A stretch of 64,000 nt of DNA. Source: Trichinella spiralis. Taxonomy: Eukaryota. Shown piece after piece: positions 36,675 to 48,500 of the stretch (positions are counted from its first letter, which is position 1; each line of letters opens with the position of its first letter). The notes beneath the pieces were generated by a model. The model saw only the letters and a program-made list of their open reading frames with translations. It did not search any database and had not been told where the DNA came from. A program made the position numbers and the translations under genes. The stretch is taken from NCBI RefSeq assembly GCF_000181795.1, contig NW_003526941.1:6439659-6503658 (forward strand), given 5' to 3'.

Positions 36675-37526
36675 AAACATGCAATTTTAATTTCAATAAT
36701 TTTGAAACAGTACGACATTTGTTCTCATTTTGAATTTACAAAATTATCATATAATCAATGTCCAAGTAAACAAACGTCGCGTTCATCGATTGAATTTGAA
36801 TAAGCGATATTTCAAATATGAAGCCAATTTTGTTTTTGGAATTAATTATAAAATTCTTGCATTCGCAAAGACTGAACTGACTGAGATATAACACCGTTCG
36901 CAGCAACACAAGTTGGTAGAACAGATAAAAATAGACACACGTAGGTAGTGGTGAAATTTAAATAAAAAAAGTTTTAAAAACCTTCATACAGCAAGTTTGA
37001 ATAATCGATCGATGACGAGTTGATGATCAGTTCGACTGATCAACAAAGCAAATAACGACCTGTCCAGTTTTGCTTACGTTCGAATAATTTTGCTTTTTTC
37101 CCCCTCCAAGCACTCAAAAGCATCACAATCTTCGTTCAAGTTGTCGAGATGGAATTCAATGCAAAGAATAGAATAGCACGAGTTCCAATAAACAGGACAG
37201 AAGAAACCGCTATCATACACAAATCCGGAACTTTCAGCTAAATTGATGTTCACAATGACTGATTGACTGACGATGGCTGAAAATTTAATTCCCTTCCAAT
37301 CCAATGCTATTTTATAATGCAGTCTCAGTCAACTAGCACTCAGGAATTATTTCAGCGCTTGTGTGTGTGTGTGTGGGTCTGTGTGCGTATGCATTTGTTT
37401 CAAAAACGCTTCTTATAATTAACATAAAGCAAAACTGCCTGAACTAAAGAAAAATCTAAGTTTATCAAATTTGTTGGTTAGCTAGAAAATTAAAAAAAAG
37501 AACAATATTTTTTTCTTCTTTTCACA

Positions 37527-38716
37527 ATGCTAATAATTACTACTGCCACGAACATTGACTGGCCAAATCGAGCGACTGTTTTCCTGTTTTGGTTCTCAGT
37601 TGGTATTTTACACATTTTGTTCACGGATGGTAGTGAAAGAAATGAAACGGTGAATAGTGCAAATTTGGAACCAAATGGTAAAACGTTGACCAACAGGTCA
37701 ATGACCAGTGCCAAATTGACCCGTCGTCAGCAGCTGAGAATTATGCTTGGCTATTGTTCAAATGGAAATCAAGTTGTCGCTGCATGTTTCCCAAATTACA
37801 GATGTGGGCGCGGGTATTGGTGTGACACAAACATCAATCGCTGTTGTAAACCAAAAGTGCTCAACATTAATATACACTTTGTCAGCCCAGTCACAGGTCT
37901 ACCCTATGGAAGTATTTGGAAGCCAACAATTCCTCCGTCAAGTCTCTTTTGTCGAGACGGTAGTCCGGCTGTTTCGAGGTGCCATCTTAATTCTGCATGC
38001 CCAGTAGGATTCATTTGCACGATTGACAAACTGTGCTGCCGTAGTGGTACTGCTGCAAGTACTTGCATATTTTTTTTCAATTCCTCCTTTCTATCCCAGT
38101 ATTAAACTTATTATTTCTAAATCTCATCATTGTCTAGGTTGCAATTTCGAAGCTGAACCAGTTGCACTATGTGACAGAGGAATGTGCGCTCCGAATCATT
38201 ACTGCTCGAGGGATGGCTACTGTTGCCCTACAACTTATGGTATTAATTAGTGTTTCAAAAAAATACATTCCTTTCAAAAACGCTTTTTCAAATATCATAC
38301 CCTATAATCCTGCCTCAATTTTCTTAATCCTTAAATTTAAACTCAAGTTTCAGGCGGAAATGTGTGTCCAAATGGTGCCACGCCAATCGGTTTGTGCGAA
38401 CAAGGACTCTGCCCACTCGGCCACGAATGTATCAATGGGCAAATCTGTTGCCCAGAACAACCCTACACTGACAACTGGCAAAGTATGAGATTAAACAGAA
38501 CCAAACACAGAACTCTGATTTTCAAAAATTTTAGTTTCGGTATGTCCTAACAACAGAGAGCCCGTGGGCGAATGTATCAACGGACTATGTCCAGCGGATA
38601 TGGTGTGCATCAACGATGTCTGCTGCCCAATCAGTGACCTAATGAAACTTCTTCATTATAAGAAGAGAAATTTATTGCATGGTAAAAAAGCCAACAATCC
38701 TAGCAGGGCAAATTAA
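37527..38716 (+). CDS. Secreted cysteine-rich protein with five CC/Lustrin-like (WR1-type) repeats
   Basis: Hydrophobic leader VFLFWFSVGILHILFT. Six-Cys repeats ending in CC, such as CPNGATPIGLCEQGLCPLGHECINGQICCP and CPNNREPVGECINGLCPADMVCINDVCCP. 4 exons, stop TAA at 38714-38716. Confidence 0.85.
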
Positions 38717-39370
38717 ACCATTATTGAGAAACAAACACAAAAGAATGTTCAGTACTTAACTTTTCTGTGTAGCTGCTACTCATCAACTCGTACAACACAA
38801 ACGACGTTCGTTATTCAAATAGCATTGGATAGAAAACATTACGTTAGTTAGAAATTTAATTACTGCAAAAAAATTATTCAAACGAATAAAAACTAAAAGA
38901 AAAAAGAAATCTTGCAGTAAAATAATACTAAATATATTCCGCTCAACTTATGCTCATGGAAAAACCTCAAAATTCACAAACTCTTCGTATTTATTTATGT
39001 CTCAAAATTTCAAAATATCGAATTAAATACGAAACATCCCATGAAAAGTACTTAAACAATTTTCTTGCAACCGATATATTAATAAACAGTAACAGCCTGT
39101 AAATAGTGCCTATTACTTGTGAACTGTTGTTCAGCATCGGTTAACAAACAGCCAATTGTCCAATGTAGCCACTGTAGTCGATTAGTTATAAACAATGTAC
39201 GCCAACTCAATGCATAAGCAACAGATTTCAACAATGAAAGATTGCCAAAGATTCTATGACTATTGTTTTCACGTTTAAGCCAATATCACCAAGCCTTATT
39301 ATTATGGGATCACAACATGCAACACAGAAAGCTATAGATCTGTCTTTGCATCTAATCCATTTGTAGAGGC

Positions 39371-41119
39371 ATGTGGCTTTTCCGCTGTCCAATTTATTTC
39401 GTGCTGCTGCAACTATTTTTTTTAACATTTTTAACAGGTAATTTATGTTGTATAAATTAAAAGATTAACATTTTTAAACAAGCTGCTAAGATAAACAAAT
39501 GTTTTCAGTATTTAAAATCATAATTTGCTTAAAATGCCTAAACCTTTCTTCTGTCAGAAAGCATTTAATACACATTCGCATTCATGAAAAAGCAAAATTT
39601 CATCTCTTTAAAAATGGCTCTTCATTACAGTTACTTCCAGCAATGCCATTCCTGGACGATCCTCTAGTCGGCTGGTAACAACTTCGAGCAGTGAAAAGAA
39701 ATAATACAAATAATAAATGCATTCATGTATTTCATTTTTAGAGATTATTAGAAAGATATGACTCGTTACCAAGTTTGCGAAGTCATTCGGTAAGTCAATA
39801 ACAATTAATCTCTGATCACAAATTGAAGAAATTTAAAAGAAAAAAATTTTTTTTCTCTATTCGCAAATGAAATTATTCTTTTCTGATATTTTATTTCGCT
39901 TCATTTTCTGTATGTAGCCATTCCTTGAAATTTTCTAAAGCTCAATCATTTTTCGAAAAACAATTGTTTCTCCTCGCCAAATCAACGCTAATTTACATTA
40001 CTAACAAATTATCAACTATTTTCACATAACACACAATGTATTCAAAATGTCGATCATCTATCTTTAGGCAACTATTATACTTTAAACGAAATTAACAAAT
40101 AACATGAAAACTCTACAATGATACTTATAAAAATGAAATAACATTTTTCAAAATTTTTTTTAGGAAGACCGATACGATGATGGAGTCGTAAGTATATAAG
40201 AAAAGCAATAAGATCTATAAAAAACAATTGTTGGATTTTCAGGATCGTAAATGGAAAAAACGAGAAGGAAATTCAGATGTAAATATTTAATTTAATTTTT
40301 TAAAAGAGTAAATTTTTAAACAATTTAAGGATATTTGTACGGAAGATGAAACTACTGTTATTGAAGAAGAATCTGAAAATGGAGTAGATAAAGGTAAGAA
40401 GAAACAGGATTAAAAAGAAGTAAAACAAAATTCGTACTTTAACAATAACGTGATATAGAAAAGCCAACAAGTAAGGAAGAGTCAGGAGAAAAAACATCTC
40501 AAGAAAAAGAATCAGAAGAAAAAACATCACAAGAAAAAGATGAGGATAAATCAGAAAGTGAAGCATCTGAAGAAAAACACGTATCTCAGGAACAAAATTC
40601 TAAAGAAGAAAAAGGTGCATCTGAAGAAGATGAAGATACACCTGAAGAACAAAACTCAAAAGAAGAAAACGGATCATCTGAAGAAGATGATGAAGATACA
40701 TCTGAGGAACAAGCTTCAAATGAGGAAAAAGAAGCATCTGAAGAAAAAAATGCTGTTTCTGAGGAAAGAAAAGGTGCATCTGAAGAAGAAGATGAAGAAA
40801 AAGATGATGGACATGAAAGTGAAGTAGAAAGTCAAGCATCTGAGGAACAAACCACTGAAGAAAAGAAGAAGAAGGTGCATCAGAAGAGGAAGATGAAGAA
40901 AGTGCATCTGAGGAACAAACATCTGAAGAAGAAGAAGAAAAAGGCGCATCTCAGGAAGAAGAGGAAGATGAAGAAAATGAACAAGAAAGTGAAGTAGAAA
41001 GTCAAGCATCTGAGGAACAAACCTCTGAAGAAGAAGGTGCATCAGAAGAAGGACAAGATGCATCTGAGGAAGAAGACGAAGATGAATCTGAAGAGGAAGA
41101 ATCGGATGAAAGTGTGTAG
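39371..41119 (+). CDS. Secreted glutamic acid-rich protein, Trichinella newborn-larva cNBL1500/cNBL1700 type; one apparent frameshift
   Basis: Seven exons (39371-39437, 39631-39674, 39742-39789, from 40164, from 40243, from 40330, and 40459-41119) splice to MWLFRCPIYFVLLQLFFLTFLTVTSSNAIPGRSSSRLRLLERYDSLPSLRSHSEDRYDDGVDRKWKKREGNSD..., followed by E/S-rich repeats (ASEEQTSEEE). Identity with cNBL is from memory and needs BLAST confirmation. Frame break at the A-run 40861-40864. Confidence 0.88.
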
Positions 41120-44100
41120 ATTGGAAAGGTTAAGAAAATTAACCAGGAGGAATGTACATCTTTTCGCACAAATTTTTTATAACGTTTTGCATAAACTAAT
41201 AATTCATAAATATTTCCCTTATTGAATAATAAATAATTCGAAAAACAGAAATGCGCTTTACAAAGTAAATAAGAAAAAATATTTTCTTTTCTTAAATCTA
41301 CTCTCTCATTTACAATTTGAAATTAGTGAAATTCACTGAGAAATTTCCTACTGCTATAAAAAAGCAATGCAAAATGACAATTATTCACACAGAAACATGA
41401 AAATGCATAAATTAAAAGAAAATGCAGTGCTAATTTGCAAATTCGTTTAAAAATGTATAACTAAAGTCAAGGTACATAGAACTGCTGCATTTCTGGAAGC
41501 TATATTCACATAATTAAAAGTAAAAAATATATATTACACTGCTTACAGTATATAATACAACATATTGGATTTTCAGGATATAAATCAAATATATAATAAA
41601 TGCGGATGCTGCTCAAAATTGCTGATTAGAACACTGAATTGCCCTTGTCCTTTAGTAATATTTCTTTCAACTGTTTTTCATTTTTTACACATAAGTCAAA
41701 CAAGATGTTGTTAAAAGTAAATTCTTCAACAACATTTAAAGTGAAGCATAAAAAAATATGCCCAATATATACAGACTAACACTTTGTGTTTAGAAACGTT
41801 ACACAAGCAAAATAGCTTCCGTTAAAGTAGGGTTTAATTTAAATTGAAGACGGCAAAATTTCAGTTAGCATTAATCAATTAGTATTTATAGCAATTTCTT
41901 CCTTCTAAAGTCTATTTATATATACATTAAATAACATACAGCAAAAAATGAAAAAATTAACATTTGGTGATTTGAAAAAATGAATAATAAAGTGTGAGAA
42001 ATGTAGAACAGGAATATGTGACAACATGGTGGTTGAATAAAACAGTTATTATTGTTGAAGCTGTAAAATTAGATAGCCAGGCAATTATTATCGAATGCCT
42101 GCTTGGCACAGCTACGTCAAAAAGGGATTTGTAAACAATGTTTCTATTCCGTCAAACAAGCCATACTTTGCATAAAATGAAGCTCTTCGTTCGCTTTCCC
42201 TGTGTGTGTGTGTGTGTAATGAGTTTGAAACAACAGTGAAAATGAGCAAAATGTTTGAAAGCAAACAAGCCGTGTCAGCACGGTCAGATTTGGTTCCCAA
42301 TTCAGGAGGGATATCAAGATTTAAATATTGCATGTGTTGATTTTGCAAAGCAAAATTGGGAAAGTTGAAGAGAAAAGGTTTGATCATTAGTGAAAAATAA
42401 AAATTTTCCATAACCGTAAATAACATTGTCAAAGTGAACTAACTGACTGACGACAATCAATTGCCACGAAAAGAAATTAAAATTAGCACTCGAGTTATCA
42501 AGTTAACTTTAAGATAAACAAGATGACGATGCTTAGCAGAATTATGATGGCTAGATGGCATTTGAAAAGCACAGTAAATTTAGTTCCATCAATAAAATTA
42601 CAATTTGCTCAAACTGTGTAACAAGTAAACAAAGAAATTCAATCTACCACATGACAGCGTTCGGTAGATGTAATTTTCCCCAAAGAATATATACATATAT
42701 ATATATATATACATATGTATGCATTATTTACACACACACACAAACACATGTGTACATAATAAATTATAAGTAAATCAAACATTGAATAATTACAATAAAA
42801 ACCAAGCAACAGTTGTTGTCAACCGAATAAATCGGCAAATTTCACAAGTACAATTTTTGAACATTATTACTTCATATTGAAAAGTAGAGATTTTCAATCT
42901 GAAATTGAATATGATAAATGTGATTTTTTGAAGTCCAAGATTTGATAATGCATAAATGACTTTATTGATTCGACCTGAACAAGAAGCTTTGATCTTGATT
43001 GCAAACATCACGCAAAAGACCATTTGGAGAATATTATTGAAAACAGAAAAAATTATAAATAAATGAAATTAACATAATAGCATTTCAATGATGAAATTGG
43101 TAGAAAAAAAATAAAATTTTCATGTGCATAAAAAATTCAGCAAAATATTATCAAGTACAATGATAAATAATGACCCTGGTCAATGTCGTTACTGTATGAG
43201 ATAAATAAGCAGAATAAATCGCCTTCAGATAAGTATCACGCACACGTTGTACATAGATATTTATGCAAAAATTTTGTAAAGACAAAAATTAAAGCAGTAC
43301 AAAATAATTCGCAGACTGTGAAAGCGAAAGGTGAAGAAGAACCGCACAAAAAAAGTGAAGTCCAATTCACTCACCCACCCACGCCCAAGTTGCAAGTGGA
43401 AAAAAAATTCAGTTTCGCCTGTGGATCAATCGACGAAAAAATATGTACTACGATTTAAATTTCATGGGGGCAAAAAAGTTATTTTTCATTTTCCACAATC
43501 ACAGAAAAAAATCCATAAAAAATAAATCATTTTTGACACCGAAATAAATTATATACGCTTTCGTGTTTTGCATATCTGTTGCTGTGTTTGTTTCAAATTA
43601 TAAAGTAGCACCAGTATAATTGTTCGGGAGAAGAAGAAAAAATTTGTCAAACAATTGATCAATTGTTTAATATTTCAACTTTGCCAATCGACGACAGAAA
43701 AAGCAAAAAAAAAACCAAATAATGAATATTTAAAATAAGAAACAATTACAATCAATCATAATTGAATTGTCCACAATGCAATGTACAAATTGTGAGCAAT
43801 TGAACGGAAATTCATTTGCATAATGCATGTGCTGTTGCAATTGAACAAGAGAGTGAAATTTGAATTTTGCTAGAAGAAGAAACGGAAAAAGAAGAAGAAG
43901 AAGCAACGAGACATTAGCATAATTATTATAAGAAGATGAATTGGTGGTGAAGAAATCACTTTTATCAAAATTGCAAAAGCCTTCCTTTCAAAATATGAAT
44001 ATCAATAGACAATAACAATAAGCAGTTGATGTGCATACAGAGAAGTCACCTGAAATGCATATTGATATTTGTCATTTACTACTCGAGCAGTAAAAATTGT

Positions 44101-45518
44101 CACCAAGAGTGGGCAGAGTTGTGTGATCTGTTTGTCATTGTTGTTATCAGAAGAAATAAAAGCTTTGAGAAATAAATGATTGATCCGACAAACACCATCT
44201 CCTCCACCACATAAGCATAAAATGTTACTCTTAAATAAGCAAAATTTTTTCTTCAAAATTCAACCAATAAAAATTTATCTATTCTTTTTTTCTCACCTCC
44301 TTTATTCTTTTTTTTGATTTTTGATTCTATTTTTAATATTTGAAAATCAAATCCGTCTCATCAATATTTCCTTAAGCATTCTGCACTTTATATATATATA
44401 TATATAGACATTTTTCTAGTCAGAGAAATCAATTGTGAAATTGATATTTTTATGTGAAGAAGGAGAAAAAAAATTGTAATCACCGATTATGAAAAAATAA
44501 ATAATGAAACTTTTCACTCATCTATCAATCGATTCGGTTATACATACATATTATTTATATATTAAAAAAAAGAAAAAAATTAATAAATATACATAAAATA
44601 ATCACAATATTATAAATTATTCATTCAACTTTGAAACTCATATATATACATATATATATATTTGTACAAAATAATAATTATTTTCTTATCAAATAAAGCA
44701 GACAACTCACTAACAACAATGAATGCGAATGTGAAAATAGAATTTCAAAATCAGTTTGCAAAATAAATAATAACAGTGATAATAATAATAATAATAATTT
44801 GTGAATGAAATTAGTAATAGACATTTTATATTCATTTGAGCGCTGGTCAGGAGACAATTATAGTCAGAGTGTTGATTCTCATGAGAACGGTTCGGTATGA
44901 AATAGTAGAATATAGGTTTCCTTTCTGAATATTAATTAATAGATAATAATACTGTAAAGTTCAAGCGATTTTAGCACAGCTCGCTTGTCCAGCAACGATA
45001 GGCCGGCCAAGTAGTGACAATCCCGAGTAGAACTGCTCAAATAGCCGCCGCCTATACGGCAAGACAAAATGGCCTATCAGAATGTTGGAGGCAGACTTTA
45101 TCAGCATAATATGTTATATAAAATCAATGGGAACAACGAACGACCAGAGCAGAAAAATTGTCGCCACTTTTACATCATATGACAACGAACATTTTCCAAA
45201 GTCAGTTAGTTAGTTAACAGCGGAAGTGGAATTCCTCTGCTTCTGATCCGATCTTCATTCTCCATTAAAAACAACATCACATATACACTGCTTCTTGGAC
45301 AATTTGCCAACTCAACGCCCCCACGCCTGCTCTTTTCATCGTCATCAAGCCAATTTTCCAAACCCACTATACCCACCGCCAAGCACTTTACACTTTCAAT
45401 CAACCAATTTTCATCACCAACACGCATCATTAAAATTAAAATTAAACTGTCACATAAATCGTCCGTCCATATTGCTCGCTCGTAACGCAAAAAAATATTT
45501 GAAAAAAAAATTACAACA

Positions 45519-48500
45519 ATGGATCAACGACGGCACAGCATCATGCTTGGACAAATACCAATTTTTCGAAGTAAGAAAGTTTCATTATTTTTCATCCATA
45601 TCAAATAAACTTGTAAATCTGCTTCAATTATGCTCCTCCAATTATACAAATAATTTAAAAAAGAAAAACGTAAAACTATAAAACTTGCTACACAGTCGTA
45701 CAGATATGAATGAATTCTTCAGATTATAATAATTTGATATGCATATAAATTTACTGAATACAATGACCACAGGTAATATGCGAATTTTCTGTTCAACTTG
45801 AAAGAAAGAGAAAAACCACAAAATCAAAACAATCCTACAACAAATTCTTCACAACATAGTTCAGTAGCATATATCTCTTAATGAAGTGAAAGGAAAAGAA
45901 AAAATTTATTATTATTGTTCACCTTGGCATGAAATAGTATATAACTGAAATGATTTTCAAAATTGATAAAGCATTTTGTTACAATATTAAGAAAGTCATA
46001 TTTATTTTTGAGCAGTACTGAGATTGTGAATCATTTGTGATATTACTTTTCATTCAATTCATATATTGACTGTGAAATTGCACTCAAACTGATGTCAATT
46101 TTGTATTTATTACACACGTCAGCATATTTGTTAAGTCAATATGAGCATCAGCTCGTCCGCGTGTGAATGAATACAAAAAGGCAAAGGCACCATGTTGCTT
46201 TGCACGAACATAATTTTCCAAGCTCAAAAATCTATGCTTAATTGGAAAACTTTTCATTTGAACCATTTGAAAATGGATAAATAACTCAATCGATTAACCA
46301 ACCCATAAATGGACAACGATGAAAAGAAAAACTGAATCACAACTGCACGCAAATTTTATATTAAAAATGAAAAATATTAACAAAAGTGATTTCAGGTATC
46401 GAAGTTATTATCATCAGTGTTTGCAATTGGACAAAAATTTACTAAAGTACAAATCAGTTTAAAAAATTAAGCTTAACAAACTACGATAATAAAACTGAAA
46501 AGTCAATTAGCATAAAGTTTCAAAAGTCTAACATGTACACACCAGAATTCCAATTCAATCTCCCCGTGTACAGACAGATATACATAAATGAATAAATAAA
46601 ATGAATGCTCAAAAATTCATTTCCGCTTCAGATTCAGCAAATTAAAATAAAAGCTTTACACGATGTTTATTATTTCAAAAAGAGGCAGAATTTAATTACA
46701 AGCACAATTTTACGTTCAGTACCACGCACAGTGAATTCAATGATATAATAATGTGCAAAATAACAACTGTTCAATTTAATTGCTTGATAAAACAAAAAAA
46801 GAAAGAAAGAAATACAACAACCAACATTTAATTAATCGAATCGCTTAATGCTGCGCATTGCAAAGCAAATGTCATACAATTCCATTATCATTACAAAAAT
46901 AGGGACAAAAAGAAAAAAGAAAAAACAGCTGCATCTCTTGCAAATGATATGCCGAGTAATTTCTCTTAGGATAAATGATATAAAATAATAAAATAATTGC
47001 CACTTTGCATATTTTTTGTTTCTCATTTCAATAAAACTTTCGTTCGCACAACATTTGATAGGGTATATGATGGGAATGAAGATAACATAATTTGTCAGTA
47101 AAGAAAGAAAGTCTGAACGAATAAAGGATGCGCTGAATTGAATTAGATTTAATAAGTATATTTCTTTTAATAAAAAATATAAAACTTCACAGCAGTTGTT
47201 TTCATGAAAAATTTTATTTTCCCTTCCATTTCCATTTCCAATCTGTAACAACTATAAGTAAATTGTTTTCAAAGAATATTGTTTACTTGAAAAAATATCT
47301 AAATTTTAATCGTTCAACAGATAAAAAAGAATTAGTTTTAAATAATATTTAATTTTTCATAAATAAATATATGCTGACAAATGCAAAACAGCCAATAGTG
47401 CAATCTACAAATAGAAATGCAATGCACCTGCAATGAATTTGAAATGACTGCAGAGAATAAATGAATAACTAAATTTGCAAAACTTTTCAAAAGCATTATC
47501 AAAATTTTAACAATTCGCTTCGTAATAACCACGAACCACGCGCGAATAAATAACTCCATTTATCGTTGTTGATGAAGCGACGTTATATCGAGGCAACATT
47601 AATAAATTTGAAATTTTAATTTCAATCAAAAAATCATTATCACAAATTGTCGATGAATATGATTTATGGAATATTTTTATTCTGTATAACAACATCCAAA
47701 ACAGCAGCTGCAATAATCACAGCGGTAATGGAGTTTGCAATTTATTATTTTCTGCAATATCTGCATGGGTGATTTTATTTTTCGCAGTGCATGCCACCCG
47801 CCCTAAAATGACATATTTCTGGGCTAACTCTCATAAGAAAAATAATATTCGATTGATATGCTTTGAAGAATGTTAAAAATAGAATGCATAAAAATTGCAA
47901 AAGAATGATCATCTCGCCGTATAAAGAAATTTCGATCCGTTTACATAAAAATCTGTCTGTTTAATAGAGCTAACTATGCGCGTGCACTAACTAACTAACA
48001 GACACACACAAACACACTATTCGACTTTCCATTCTCCTCCCTCCTGGCCCATCCCATCCCAACACTACAAATATATCGTTACAATACGCATACGGACACA
48101 GCAAAATATACTTGATCAAAAATTAACCAATCAAATTTCGCAAAACAGTGAAAAGAATTCAACCACAATAATAATAAAAGTAGCGTCCATTCTTGTTCAA
48201 TAAATTTCAAATTTGCTGAATTCATTAACAATTTTATTGCATTCGTTGAATTTTTAAACCAAAAAAAATATCTATAAATTTAAAATTGAGCCTAAACATA
48301 CTATTGAACAAGAAAAAGTAGAAGAAACAAACAACAACAACAACTATTATAATATTTAAAAAAATCCGATTTGCTCAGATTCGTTTTAGATTAAAAAAAA
48401 ATTGAATATTCATCAAATTGTATGCAAGCTGCTGATTATTAATTGCGGTAGAATAAAATTTTTCATCCAAACCCCTCCCCCGTCTCCTCTCTCAGTTTCT

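Noticed and set aside
39868..39917. Alternative signal-peptide exon (ATGAAATTATTC...)
   Set aside because: It lies inside an intron of the NBL gene, whose leader splices cleanly from 39371, and it would need a frameshift.
40540..41225. Lys-rich and Leu/Phe-rich ORFs in the ORF track
   Set aside because: They are alternative-frame and antisense shadows of the GAA-rich NBL exon.
42555..42625. C1 domain start for STAC (HSKFSSINKITICSNC)
   Set aside because: H-to-C spacing is one residue short of H-x12-C-x2-C, and no exon with the remaining Cys/His ligands was found.
44990..45090. HDV-like or twister ribozyme (GGCCGGC; GTGACAATCCC)
   Set aside because: The required P1 partner and pseudoknot partners are absent; kept only as an unclassified structure.
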